Assembly (NCBI GenBank): GCA_951406725.2
Contig: OX597824.1
Location: forward strand, 83,824,001-83,888,000
Length of the DNA: 64,000 nucleotides
Reading direction: 5' to 3'
Source: Octopus vulgaris
Lineage: Eukaryota
Shown: one piece after another, positions 25,165 through 38,547 of the stretch
How the letters are laid out: each line of letters starts with the position of its first letter
Numbering within the stretch: the stretch's first letter is position 1
Translations under genes and position numbers: made by a program
The notes under the pieces: generated by a model
Seen by the model: the letters and a program-made list of their open reading frames with translations, nothing else
The model's database searches: none
What the model was told of the DNA's origin: nothing

Positions 25165-26663
25165 GTAAGTAGCATCGGTCAAATTTAGAAATCTCACTCT
25201 TGCACAGACACACACACGTGCACATACACATGCATGGATACACAGATCTTCTACGCTGGATGCCTTTCCTGTCTTCAACGCTCACCTTTTTTTGCCAGCC
25301 AGTGTGATATTTCCCCATCGCCTGACATGTTTTCATGGAAGATTGGAAGTGAATAACACTGCTTGTATAACAGTGACACTCATTTACAGCCATCACACAA
25401 TGTCATGACACAAGATACAAGCATACACACACACACACACATACACATGCATATATGTGTGAGCATGTGTGTGTATACATGTGTGAGATCGTTTTTTCTC
25501 TCTCTCTGTCTCTCTCTCTCATATATATATATATGTATATATATAGAGAGAGATCTTTCAGTTTCTTTCTACTAAATCCACTCACATGGCTATGGTAGGT
25601 TTGGGGTAGCAGACACTCATCCAAGTTGTCACACAGTGGGACTGAACCTGCAGCCATGTGGTTACGAAGCACATTTCTTAACTACAAAGCTACACCTGTA
25701 CTCACTCTCTCTCTCTCACACACATACACACACATATGTACTCTGTCTCATTCACACACAGACACACACACACAGAAACACAGACATGCATGTAGAAAAA
25801 TACAAATGTAAACATACACATGCACTCCATCTTTCTCTTGCTTTCTCTCTCTCTCTCTCTCACACACACACACGCACATATGCAAGTACGTTCTCTTTCT
25901 CACATACACATATATAAGCACACACATAAACACAGACGTGTATGTACACAAATACAAATGCACACACTCATACAAATGTACTCTTTCATACATACGCACA
26001 CACACACTGACTATAAAGAGCTTCTAATGGCATATTGTAAATAGCATATTTAATACCATTTCTGGGGGAATGTACAGGAAGGAAGGAAAATGGGAATGAT
26101 GAGAGTGGGGAACGGGTGGGTGACAAGGATGGCCATAGAAATGATGAGAGAAGAAGAAGGAGAGAAGGAGAAGAGAGTGCAACTGGAAGGAAGGAAATGA
26201 GGGGCGGAAGGATATTGTTTAACTACAAGAAGAGCTACATGAAATATATGAGCTCACACCTGTGTGTAGGTCAGTACGACCTCTGTGCAGTGCTGTTTCT
26301 GTATGTTGCTATCTACTTATATAAATACCTACAAATAGGTGTGTGTATTTATTTATATAAGCCAGTGCCGCCTCGACTGGCTTCCGTGCAGGTGGCACGT
26401 AAAATGCACCAATCCGACCGTGGCTGATGCCAGCCTTGCCTGGCACCAGTGCAGGTGGCACGTAAAAAGCACCTACTACACTCACGGAGTGGTTGGCGTT
26501 AGGAAGGGCATCAAGCTGTAGAAACACTGCCAGATCAGACTGGAGCCTGGAGCAGCCCCTGGCTCCCCAGACCCCGGTCGAACCGTCCAACCCGTGCTAG
26601 CCTGGAAAACGGACGTTAAACGATGATGATGATGATGATATATATATATATATATATATAGAT

Positions 26664-26698
<35 letters not shown>

Positions 26699-27089
26699 TA
26701 GATATATACATATATATACACATACATGCACACACACATATATATATATTTCAAAAATTTCACAAAATCACAAGAAAATTTTACAAAAACATAACAAATA
26801 GAAAATTCATAGCTAATTCTTCATCAGTCAACATCCAAAAGATCGTTACAATTTCACACCTTTATATATATATATATATTGTTGTTGCTGGCATCCTTTT
26901 TTGTCTCAGGAGACAATGGAGTTGCACATAGGAAGGGCATGCAGCTTTTAAAATCCTGCCAAAACAGTTACAGAAGTCTGGTGCAGGCTTCTGCCTTGCC
27001 AACTCCTGTCAAACCATTCCACCCATGCAAGCATGGAAGGCAAACGTTAAATAATGATAATACAGACATAGACTTGCCCAATTGCATCA

Positions 27090-28442
27090 ATAAATTTTTT
27101 TTCATCATTGTTACAATGATCTGAAATGGAACTGCCAAAGTACAATATTCAAGCAATTTTGCCATTCAGCTTTAAAAAGGGATGTAAAGCAGCTGAAACT
27201 GCTCACGATATCAACAAAATATTTGGTGAGGAAATGACCAGTGAGTGGTCAGCTCGAAAATGGTTTAACCCTTTAGTGTTCACATTATTCTACTAAAATT
27301 AATCCTTTTTTATCCTAATTGTTTTGAACTAATCATGCTTTATCTTGTAGCTATGAGATTTTGATGAGGTAGCTGTTAATTTTTAAAACGACATTGTAGG
27401 GTAGGTGTGAGAGACCAGATCTAGCCTGTTTGAACATAAAACAGGCAGAATACTTTTGGCCGGATATGGCCGGTTTAAATGCTAAATGGTTAAACAATTT
27501 CGCAGTGGAGACCTGAGCCTTGAAGATCATGAGTGTAGTGGACGGCCATCTGTCATTGATGATGGTCAATTAAAGACCATCATTGAGAAAGATCCATGTA
27601 AAACCACTCGAGAACTAGCAAAAGGACTTCAAGTTAGCCAGAAAACTGCCTGCAACCATTTGTATGTGATCGGAAAATCAAAAGAGTTCAACCACATGAT
27701 TTGAATGTAAGTTAGAAATTGTGCAGATATGAAATTTGCTTGTCGCTTCTCCGTAACTAGACCAATCAATTTCTCGACTGTAATGTAAGTTGTGATGAAA
27801 AGTGGATTCAGTACAATAATAAAAATCATTCTTTGCAGTGGTTGAACCAAAATCAAGTACCGAAAACGTTCTCTAAACCTGAGCTCTTCAAAAAGAAGGT
27901 TATGGTGACTGTTTGGTGGTGTACTGTTGGACTCATCCACTATAACTTCTTAAAACTTGGAAAAACTATTACTGCAGAAACATATTGCAATGAAATTGAC
28001 AAATTAAATGAAAAATTGCTACTCTTCCATCCCAGACTGGTCAACAGAAGAGGGCCAATCATTCTTCATGAAAATGCTCAACCACACATTTCTCTAATGA
28101 TGTTCTAGAAGTTGAGGGAACTTGGCTATGAAGTTCTTCCCAACCCAGCTTATTCCCCAGGTCTTTCTCTTACCGACTACCATTTTTTCAAGCACCTTGA
28201 TGGTTTCCTGTGTGAGAAGGGGTTCAAAAATCAAACTGATGCTAAAACTGCATTCAAAGAGTTCATCAGCTCCTGTACTTCAAATTTTTATGTTACCGGA
28301 ATAAACAAACTTGCCACTCAGTGGCAAAAATGTGTTGATTGTAATGGTATTTACTTTGATGAATAAAATTTCCACATTGTTGAAATATATTGTGATGAAT
28401 TTCATGTTTCAAAACATTGCTTACTTTTTACTCAGCCTGATC
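27090..28442 (+). mobile_element. Decayed mariner transposon (D,D34D transposase pseudogene)
   Basis: ARKWFKQFRSGDLSLED..SGRPS, CDEKWI, KKVMVTVWW, LHENAQPH, YSPGLSLTDYHFFKHL, WQKCVDCNGIYFDE*; several stops and frameshifts; 3' TIR-like ttactttttactcagcctgat; 5' TIR not seen. Confidence 0.92.
27269..27489. mobile_element. piggyBac-type MITE inserted in the mariner
   Basis: TTAA TSDs, termini ccctttag / ctaaa(t)gg; removing it restores KW-F-KQF. Confidence 0.88.
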
Positions 28443-28686
28443 GCTTATTGAACAATTTAAAGTCTAAATTAGCATATGAATTTGTCAGTGGGCAGTTTAG
28501 CTTAATGATAAAGCACTCAGCCGGAGTCTTGGGGGATGTGAGTTTGAGTCCCATGGCCATTTATTGACAAATTTTTTTTCCACCTTGTAAGGGTAATATA
28601 CCCACTATTTCTGATGTTCTAACAGCATTACTGCATTCGAAAAAATATCTTCTTGCTTGCATTATACAAATTTAACTATATTTTAG

Positions 28687-28849
28687 ATATCTTGCTCAAC
28701 TGGGTCGGCATAATTATGTCACTCCAACGTCTTATCTGGAATTGATCCATGCCTTCAGAAGTTTGCTGGCACAGAAGCAAGAGGAAATAATGTCTGCCAA
28801 AAACAGATATGTCACTGGTTTAGATAAGCTGAAATTTGCTGCTGAACAG
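28687..28849 (+). CDS. DNAH12: Dynein heavy chain exon 6 (AAA4 small domain / start of stalk); absent from the ORF track
   Basis: ttttag|A ... CAG|gtaaaa; YLAQLGRHNYVTPTSYLELIHAFRSLLAQKQEEIMSAKNRYVTGLDKLKFAAEQ. Confidence 0.94.
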
Positions 28850-29322
28850 GTAAAAATCACTTTGTGTCTTATGGTTGTTTCACATTCTCAGGTAAGCTGT
28901 GAATCTGCAGTGTAGATAGATATATGATCAAAAGCATTCCAGCTGTGACCTTCATGTCTTTAGATCAGGCTTTATATTTCAGGGTTGATAAACTAAGTAC
29001 CAGTGAAACACTGGAGTCAATGTAATCAAACAAGTGCCCTTTCCACAAATGTCAGGCCTTGTGCCTTTAGTAGAAAGGATTATTATTATTAAGAGTCAAG
29101 ACTATTGAAAAGGTTGCAAGACGCAACGAAAATTTTAGAAAATAAAAATAAGAAATAAGTGGAAATTTTACCGGTGAGTGTGTTAAATAGTAAGGCACCA
29201 AAAGAGAATAACTCTCCCCAGACACAACAGAATATGCTTCAACACACGAACTCATATAAAGAATCTTGCAAACCAAATCCCAAAACGAAATTATTATTAT
29301 TATTATCATTATTATTATTATG

Positions 29323-29374
<52 letters not shown>

Positions 29375-29404
29375 TTATTATTATTATTATTGTTTATTTA
29401 TTTA

Positions 29405-29560
29405 TTGTCTTTGCACAGCTTCTATTGCTGGAAATGTACTATGGTGCCAGCTGTTCACTACCAGTGAACTACGGTAACACCCCTTATTTTTTGAGCACCA
29501 TCCAGAGTATTTGAATGGTTCCAAGCAGTACTTTTTTCTGCAAATGCAGCCCCTGTTGTT
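29405..29560 (-). mobile_element. R4/Dong-like LINE 3' end
   Basis: LQKKVLLGTIQILWMVLKK* plus a UTR homologous to 59535-59655; embedded in (ATT)n. Confidence 0.75.
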
Positions 29561-29624
29561 GTGGTTATTATTTCAGCCCCTGCTGTTGCTGTTGTTATTG
29601 TTATTATTATTATTATTATTATTA

Positions 29625-29689
<65 letters not shown>

Positions 29690-29709
29690 TCTGTTATTGT
29701 TAATTTCAG

Positions 29710-29967
29710 ATTGCCACTATGCAGTCTCAACTTGAGAGTTTACAACCAGAACTCCTGAAGTCTTCAAAGGAAGCTGAAGACATGATTGAGGTGATTGAGA
29801 AGGAATCTGCCGACGTGGAAGTCACCACGAAGACCGTAAAGGCTGATGAAGCTGTGGCAAATGAACAAGCTGCAGAAGCAAAAGCATTAAAAGACGAATG
29901 TGAGGCAGAATTGGCTGAAGCGATTCCAGTCCTGGAAGCTGCCCAGGCAGCACTCGATACTCTCAAG
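29710..29967 (+). CDS. DNAH12: Dynein heavy chain exon 7 (stalk coiled coil 1)
   Basis: atttcag|ATT ... AAG|gtgttt; IATMQSQLESLQPEL...KDECEAELAEAIPVLEAAQAALDTLK; 258 bp. Confidence 0.94.
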
Positions 29968-30114
29968 GTGTTTAGAATTGATTGTTCTATTCTTCTACTT
30001 CTTTTTACTTTTTCCTTTCCCTGTAAAATAAGAACAGCGTGTAATCACTTGGTTCAAGCTCCCATTTCACCCCATGGACACCCTGGCTTGGACAAACCAC
30101 TACTAATACAGCTT

Positions 30115-30868
30115 CATCATCATCATTATCATCGTTTAACGTCCGTTTTCCATGCTAGTATGGGTTGGACGGTTTGACCGGGGTCTGGGAAGCCAGGAGG
30201 CTGCACCAGGCTCCAGTCTGATCTGGCAGTGTTTCTACAGCTGGATGCCCTTCCTAACGCCAACCACTCCGTGAGTGTAGTGGGTGATTTTTACGTACCA
30301 CCGGCACAGGTGCCATGCGAGACTGGCAACAGCTGCGATCAGTTGGTGCTTTTTACGTGAAGCCAGTCAAGGCGGTGCTGGCATCGGCCACGTTCAGATG
30401 GTGCCTTTTACATGCCACCGGCACAGGGATCACAACTACAATTTCCATTGATTTTTGATGTTGATGTACTTGACTCAATAGGTCTCCTCAAGCACAGGGT
30501 CAAAACGGTGTTTCTTTACTTGCCACCTGCACAGGAGTCAGTCCAGCGGCACTGGCAACGGCCGGGTGCCAGTCATAGGATTTGGTGCAATTTCGATTTC
30601 ACTTGCCCCAACAGGTCTTCGCAAGGTTGGCATGGGTGCCAGTCATCAAATGTGGTTCAATTTCAAATTCAATTTTGATTTCACTTGCCTCAACAGGTCT
30701 TCGTAAGCAGAGTTTTGTGTCCAAAGAAGGAAAGGTATGCATAAGTGGGCTGGCTACATCCCTGGCAAAGGCCACAGGTTATGGACTCACTTGTCCTGCC
30801 GGGTCTTCTCACGCACAGCATATTTCCAAAGGTCTTGGTCACTAGTCATTGCCTCAGTGAGGCCGAGC
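30115..30868 (-). mobile_element. Truncated RTE LINE, same family as 4016-6288
   Basis: Minus strand LTEAMTSDQDLWKYAVREKTRQDK*, followed by an about 670-bp 3' UTR and (GAT)n tail. Confidence 0.85.
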
Positions 30869-31397
30869 TTTTGAATGGAATTTGGGATAAGGAAACTTTA
30901 CAGAGGTACATCATATAAATGTATGTATGTGTGTGTATGTATGTATATAAGTATGTATGTTGAATGATATAGCTATAAAGACTCACATACATGACTTCAA
31001 GTTTCTATGTCTACAACATGGTGATTGCTGCACTTCTTCAGTTGTCATAAGTCAATTACAAACATGGAAACAATATTTGCACTGCCAATGGGAAGAAAAT
31101 GTCTCCTCTGGGTATTATTTAAATAAAATTGAAAAATAATGATAATAATGATAATAATAATTTGAAAAAATTATTAGGTAATAAAATAATTTAAATTTAA
31201 AAAAAAATTAAAATATAAAAATAGAGAATTAAAAAAGTGAAAAATCAAAAAGTTAAAATAATTGAAAAATTTTTAAATTAACTGAAGAATTAGAATTAAC
31301 CGATAATAAAAAGTTACAAATTAGAAAATAATGCATTAAACTAAAACATCTGTTTGTTGTCTACACCACCTGACTTTGTTGTTTTTTTGTGAATTCT

Positions 31398-31437
<40 letters not shown>

Positions 31438-31496
31438 AATATATATAGTAGGGAATATAATTCTAAACTTATAGGGAAAAATTCAATTTATTGCAG

Positions 31497-31625
31497 CCGG
31501 CTGATATCACAATTGTAAAATCCATGAAGAGTCCTCCTGCTGGTGTGAAGCTGGTCATGGCTGCTGTCTGTGTCATGAGGGATATTAAACCAGAGAGGAT
31601 AGCAGATGCAAGCACCGGCAGAAGG
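31497..31625 (+). CDS. DNAH12: Dynein heavy chain exon 8 (microtubule-binding domain)
   Basis: ttattgcag|CCG ... AGG|gtaagg; PADITIVKSMKSPPAGVKLVMAAVCVMRDIKPERIADASTGRR. Confidence 0.94.
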
Positions 31626-31671
31626 GTAAGGCCTCTACATCTCTTTGCTTGTATGTATGCATATATTTACA

Positions 31672-31712
<41 letters not shown>

Positions 31713-32504
31713 ATTCAGTTTATTTCAAGATTTCTTGCCAATAGAGAAAGAACTGGTTTCTAACCTAGATCCAAGGCTCCTTCATTGGAATTTCAACATC
31801 AACAAGAGGGTGTTTTTGTTTATATGTATGTATGTATGTATTTGAGACAACTGTCCTTATGACAAGATAAGGCCATCATTGTGTGTGTGTGTGTATAGGT
31901 GTGCATGTACATTATATGTACATGCACATTATATGTACATGTGTGTATGCATGCATTTTGCACAGGTATTACTGTCTAAAGTCAGTAATAGTCTTCTTCT
32001 TAACATATGTGTTGACACTTCCCATCATGTTGCTTTTGTGATTGCTACATGGATAAAGATATCCTCTGATATTATTTTGAGGCTCATGGACACTCTATGC
32101 ATACATTAACATAACTGCATACATTAACATAACTGACAAACCAACAGTAGTCTGATAACTAAAGTCATAAATCTTAGACAAACTATACCACCAGTATCTC
32201 ACACCATAAGTATTATGGTAGCCAAAGTGTTAATTTTTAGACAAGGCACACCACTATATAAATACATCAACAGAAAGGCAAGTGTGGCTGTGTGGCAAGA
32301 AGTCTACTTCTCAACCAGATGGTTGCAGGTTCAATCCTATAGCATGGTACCTTGAGCAAGTATCTATAAGAGCCCCAAGCCAACCAAAAAATTATGAGCA
32401 GATTTGGTAGCTGGAAACTGAAAGTGGCCAGTCATATACATATATGTAAGTATGTGAGTATGTGTGTGTTTTCTCTTCTGTTTTGAATTATTTAACTTCT
32501 TCCT

Positions 32505-32885
32505 CTTCGTTGTCGCCTGAATCTCTGGCCCCTCCCTTCGGTACTTCTACAACGGTGCTTAAGGTGGTTCGGTCATGAGGCCCGGTGTCCAGAGGGTGAG
32601 CTGATTCACGATGTCCTCCTCCCACCTCCACTTCCCAGCTGGCACAAATGCGCAGGCGGGCAGCTGAAGACTTGGGCAACGATGATGAAGGAGGACCTCT
32701 CCGAGCTCTCAGGTCTGCAGGTGGTCGGTCTGTGCAGACGGAACTGTGAATGGCTTGCTATCTCCAGTGACCTCACACAGGACCATCGAGCGTGGGCCGC
32801 CATGGTTCGTGATGCCATTAGGAACAGAGAAGAAGCTGGCTCCACCCACCCTGGGTAAATGCCATCACGAGTACAAAGTAAGTCT
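32505..32885 (+). mobile_element. GC-rich RTE LINE 3' fragment (third family)
   Basis: Open frame 32505-32858 VLLQRCLRWFGHEARCPEGELIHDVLLP..GGQLKTWATMMKEDL..TQDHRAWAAMVRD; short UTR and aagtaagt tail. Confidence 0.82.
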
Positions 32886-33354
32886 GAACGAGGAGCCGGT
32901 TTCTAACAAAGATAGAAAGCTCCATCATGCAGATAACAAAGACAATATCACATATTAAACTTGAGAAAAGTCTTGTATATTTTTACTGTTCCACTTACAG
33001 ATTGTATTTGTAATGTGTGATGTAGTTTTACTGAAAATCCCAGCTTACCCAGACTGGCGCTTAAGCATTTACTCACAAATACAAGTGCACCAGTTATTAT
33101 TGGTATAAATGTGAATTTGTAATCTGCGTATAGAAGCTGATGGTTTCAATGTAGTTGTCCATAGTTATCCTCTTCCTCTTTGATTTTTAAAGAGATATTC
33201 ACTTCAACAGAAACAGTTGAGCTGTATGATGGTACATATTTGTTCTTGTCAATCCCTAACAACAATATCTGGCCTGTTATGCTTACACTTGACGGATGTT
33301 TTGAAGGGAATTTTCCACCATCGTTCCTTATGTTGATGTTTGTATGTATGTGTA

Positions 33355-33492
<138 letters not shown>

Positions 33493-33843
33493 GTGTGTGT
33501 GTATTTGTATTATTTACTTGTATGGGCATGTGTCTTTTGTATTTGTGTTTGTCCTCCACCACTATTTGACAACTAGAATTGGTTTGTTTACATCCCTGAA
33601 GCTTAGTGATTCATTGAAAGTGACCAATAGAAATATACCAGGCTTTAAGAAGAAGGAAAAAAAAACGTGCCCCAGCATGGTCACTGTCCAGTGACTGAAA
33701 CAAGTAACACAGCGGTTGTGTGGTTAAGAAGCTCACTTTGCAACCATGTGGGTCTTGGGTTCATCCACACCATGTGGTATCTTGGGCAAGTGTCTTCAAA
33801 CATTGCTTTGTGAATGAATTTGATTGACAGAAACTACGGAAGC

Positions 33844-33915
<72 letters not shown>

Positions 33916-34479
33916 ATGTGTGTGACAGATAAAAGAAAAAATAATACCATTAGTATTGTAACAAAATGTTAATCCTTAAACAAGTCACACCACTCTATAT
34001 ACTGACATCAACATCTCCAACACTGTGAGTTTTATAACAACGAAAGTGTTAAACCTTAGACAAGACACACCACTCTGTATAAATATCTCAACGTACCAAT
34101 ACTATTTGTCTTATAACAACAAAAGTGTTAAATCTAACACATGAAGCTGTTGTAACATTTTACCAGGTGCCTTGTGCTTTCTCTGGAATCAGTACACATC
34201 TCTTTAATTACGACTGTGATATACCCTTTAATATATGATAGTACTACTTTAGTATATAGTAGATACTATTGCTGTGCATTTAGCTGCAGCAGTGCTACTA
34301 ACAAGCTGTACAAGCACAGTTAAAAGTGAATTCCAAGTGAATGTTGAATGCCTGTCTGAACTCTGTTGCTGCTCTCATTGACTCTATTGTGTTGCGTAGA
34401 TGTGTTTGTCTGTTTCTCTCTCTCTGCCTGGCTGTCTGTTTGTCTCGGTGCTTGGGTGTCTCTCCTGGCTTGTGTCTTC

Positions 34480-35340
34480 CTATTTCTTTGTGTGTGTTCG
34501 CATTCATGTGTGTGTCTGTGTCAGTCTCTATGCATGTTAGTCCATGCGTGTCCGTGCATACGGACACACATGTACGTGTGTGTATTTGCATGTGTGTGTG
34601 TATGTGTATGTGTATGTCTGCCTTTGTGTATGTTCATCTGTCTTTCTTCGTGTGTGTGTTTGCATCCATGTGTGTGTATATCTGTGTCAATCTCTATGCA
34701 TGTTAATCCATGTGTGTGTGTGTGTGTGTGTGTTTGCATTCATGTGTGTGTGTGTGTGTGTGTGTTTGCATTCATGTGTATGTGTGTGTGTGTTTGCATT
34801 CATGTGTGTGTATATCTGTGTCAATCTCTATGCATGTTAATCCATGTGTGTGTGTGTGTGTTTGCATTCATGTGTATGTGTGTGTGTGTTTGCATCCATG
34901 TGTGTGTATATCTGTGTCAATCTCTATGCATGTTAATCCATGTGTGTGTGTGTGTGTGTGTGTTTGCATTCATGTGTGTGTATATCTGTGTCAATCTCTA
35001 TGCATGTTAATCCATGTGTGTGTGTGTGTTTGCATTCATGTGTATGTGTGTGTGTGTTTGCATCCATGTGTGTGTATATCTGTGTCAATCTCTATGCATG
35101 TTAATCCGTGTGTGTGTGTGTGTTTGCATTCATGTCTATGTGTGTCTGTGTCAGTCTCTATGCATGTTAGTCCATGCGTGTCTGTGCATACAGACGCACA
35201 TGTACATGTGTGTATTTGCATGTGTTTGTGTATATATATGTTCATCTGTCTGTCTTTGTTGTGTGTGTGTGTGTGTATTCAGGTGTGTGTATATCTGTGT
35301 CAATCTCTATGCATGTTAATCCGTGTGTGTGTGTGTGCAT
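34480..35340. repeat. Compound (TG)n-containing minisatellite
   Basis: Recurrent tatatctgtgtcaatctctatgcatgttaatccatgtgtg..tttgcat(t/c)catg, about 8 copies. Confidence 0.9.
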
Positions 35341-36570
35341 GCAGATGCACATTTGCATGTGTGTATTTGCATGCTTGTGTGTGCATGTATGTGTGTATGT
35401 TTATGTTTTTGTGCATGCTTATCTGTCTGTCTTTATGTGTGTGTGTCTGTGTGTGTATGTGTCTGTCTGTCTATCTGTATATGCCTATATCTCTATATTT
35501 CTGTCTGTGTGTCTGTTTCTCTTTGTCTATACATCTTTCTGTCCCTCAGTTTGCATGGATGTCTGCATCTGTTTGTTTGTGTATGTATGTGTGTGTGTGT
35601 GTGTGTGTGTGCACACATGCATATGTGTGCCTGTGTGTGCATGCATGCATGCATGTGTACATGTATGCATGTGTACATGTATGCATGTGTATGTGAGATG
35701 TTCTTGACTCAAATATATTCTGAGGTCACATGATGGCAGCAACATGTCATACAAATACTACACACACACATCCACCACCACCACCACCACTACTGGTACT
35801 ATTAACATCATCATAACTACCACCACCAATACAACTACTGTTGCAGCTGCTGCTGCTACTACCATTAGCGGTATTAATACAAACATCACCATGACCCCCA
35901 CTTCTGTTACTACTAACATCACTTTTACAAACATCACCACCATCAGTGTTCACTGATAGTGTTTATCAATGTTGTTCACTGATGATTATCCCTGATGTCG
36001 TTCACTGACCGTGATGCACTTGGTGTTCATTGATGTAATTTCTCTAATGGTGTTTACTGATCATACTTTACTGATACTGTTCATTGACCCTATCTGCTGA
36101 TGCTGTTCATTGATGATGTTCACTAAAGACCATCGTCACCACTACTACTATTGTTACTAATATCTTTACAAACACTGCCACCATCAGTGAACACTAATAG
36201 TGTTTACTGATTCATGTTCACCTATGATGTTCACATTATCTAATGTATCTCTTCCATCATCATCATCGTTTAGCGTCCGTTTTCCATGCTAGCATGCGTT
36301 GGACGGTTCAACTGGGGTCTGTGAAGCCGGAAGGCTTCATCAGGCCTAGTCAAATCTGGCAGTGTTTCTACGGCTAGATGCCCTTCCTAACGCCAACCAC
36401 TCCGTGAGTGTAGTGGGTGCTTTTTACGTGCCACCCGCACAGGTGCCGGACAGAGCTGGCAAACGGCCACGAACGGATGGTGCTTTTTATGTGCCACCGG
36501 CACATTAATTATCTTTTCCATGTGTCCATTCCATTGTTAATGATGTTTTACCATTAATTTTCTTACACAG

Positions 36571-36660
36571 ACTCTGGATTACTGGGGCCCATCAAAGAAG
36601 CTGTTAGGAGACATTTCATTCTTAAATCAGTTACGAGATTATGATAAAGATAATATTCCG
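36571..36660 (+). CDS. DNAH12: Dynein heavy chain exon 9 (microtubule-binding domain); absent from the ORF track
   Basis: ttacacag|ACT ... CCG|gtaggt; TLDYWGPSKKLLGDISFLNQLRDYDKDNIP; 90 bp. Confidence 0.94.
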
Positions 36661-36769
36661 GTAGGTTGACGAGCTTTTCTAAGATTTTGCGTACTTTTAA
36701 TTTCAATTTTCTGATTTTTTTTTGTTTCCTATTTTTGTTGGGAAAATATACTCCTTATACAAGCACAAT

Positions 36770-37152
36770 GGAGGCGCAATGGCCCAGTGGTTAGGGCAGC
36801 AGACTCGCGGTCATAGGATCGCAGTTTCGATTCCCAGACCGGGCGTTGTGAGTGTTTATTGAGCGAAAACACCTAAAGCTCCACGAGGCTCCAGCAGGGG
36901 ATGGTGGTGATCCCTGCTGTACTCTTTCACCACAACTTTCTCCCACTCTTACTTCCTGTTTCTGTTGTACCTGTATTTCAAAGGGCCGGCCTTGTCACTC
37001 TCTGTGTCACACTGAATATCCCCGAGAACTACGTTAAGGGTACACGTGTGTGTGGAGTGCTCAGCCACTTACACGTTAATTTCACGAGCAGGCTGTTCCG
37101 TTGATTCGGATCAACTGGAACCCTCATCGTCGTAAGCGACGGAGTGCTTCCA
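36770..37152 (+). mobile_element. tRNA(Arg)-like SINE, young copy
   Basis: Head ggaggcgcaatggcccagtggttagggcagcagactcgcggtc..gtttcgattccc; TSD atacaagcaca; highly similar to 51774-52156. Confidence 0.85.
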
Positions 37153-38328
37153 TCCATACAAGCACAGGCATGGCTGTGTGGTTAAGAAGCTCACTCTGTA
37201 ACCATGTGGTTTTGGGGTTCAGTCTCACTATGTGGTACCTTGGGCAAGTGTCTTCAAACAGTGTTTTGTGAATGAACTATGGGAACCTATTGTGTGTGTG
37301 TGTGTGTGTGTGTGCTGTGTACATATATATATCATATATGTTTTTTTTTTGTCTTGCAAGTACTTGGTGACCCTGTCAGTGCAGGTACCACTTAAAAGCA
37401 CCCAGTCAACACTGTAAAGTGGTTGGTGTTCAGAAGGGCATCCAGCTGTAAAAACCTTGCCGGAACTGACCTCACTTGTGCTTGTGCGACGTAAAAAGCA
37501 CTACTCACCTCACCTCTTCTTGTGCCACGTTAGAAGCACTAAGTCCACTCTGCTGAGTGGTTGGTGTTAGGAAGGGCATCCAGCTGTAAAATTCCTGCCA
37601 AAACAGTCATAGAAGTCTGGTGCAGGCTTCTGCCTGGCTGGCTCTTGTGAAACTGTCCCACCCATGGACGGCAGATGTTAAACGATGAAAAACGATGAAA
37701 TGTGTGTGTGTGTGTGTGTAGGTGTGTGTTTATCTTTGTGTCTATGTTTTAACCCCTCCACTGCTGTTTGACAACCAGTGTTGGTTTGTTTATATCTTCG
37801 TGACTTGGTTTAGCAAAACAGACCAATAGAATAGGTACCAGACTTTAACAAATATCAAACATAAGTATTGGGGTCAATTTGTTCAACTAAAACCCTTCAA
37901 GGTAGTGCCCCAGCATGGTCACAATTCAGTGACTGAAACAAGTAAAAGATTAATTTTAAGAAACATGCACACACACATACACACTCATGCACTCACACAC
38001 ATTGAAGCTCTCACACACGCACTGCAGAGGGTACTGGCCTTTGGACTCTCTGCATCTTACCTTAATGGACTCTCACCTTGCATCCCATCCATTGTTTCGA
38101 CATAACTCCACCCCCTCAGTATATTTTCATCTCTTTCTCTCATTGGCCTCCTCAGTATGGGTCTTCCAGGAAATGAAGAGTTTTTACAAAAACGCTTGCT
38201 TGTGCACTTTCACAATTAGCACCTTATCTCTGACCTTAACAATGTTGAGGCAACAGCTTCTAGAAACTTCAGCTGCTTCTCAGGCCAACTTTCAGCACCT
38301 ACTCTTGTGCCATTACTAGCAGGTTTAA

Positions 38329-38547
38329 CTCTTTAGTGTTCAGATTATTCAATCAAACATAATGCCTATTGATTCCCATTGATTTGAATTAATCATGCAT
38401 TATCTCATATCTTCAAGATCTTGATAGTGTAATTACTTAATGTAGAATAACATTGTAGGGTAGGTGTGAGAGCCTGGACCTGGTCAGTTTGAACATAAAA
38501 CAGATTAGCTATTTTGGCTGGATATGGCCGGTTTAAATACTAAAGGG
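38329..38547. mobile_element. piggyBac-type MITE
   Basis: ttaa|ctctttag ... ctaaaggg|ttaa; same family as 27269; partial inverted copy at about 38605-38720. Confidence 0.8.

Noticed and set aside
28490-28560. Possible tRNA gene
   Set aside because: A/B-box-like motifs but no acceptor stem; probably a decayed SINE head
34298-35754. Cys/Val-rich ORFs up to 328 aa (metallothionein-like)
   Set aside because: Translations of a (TG)n-based minisatellite
36770-36845. tRNA-Arg gene (also at 51774)
   Set aside because: Head of a TSD-flanked SINE of about 380 bp; cloverleaf incomplete
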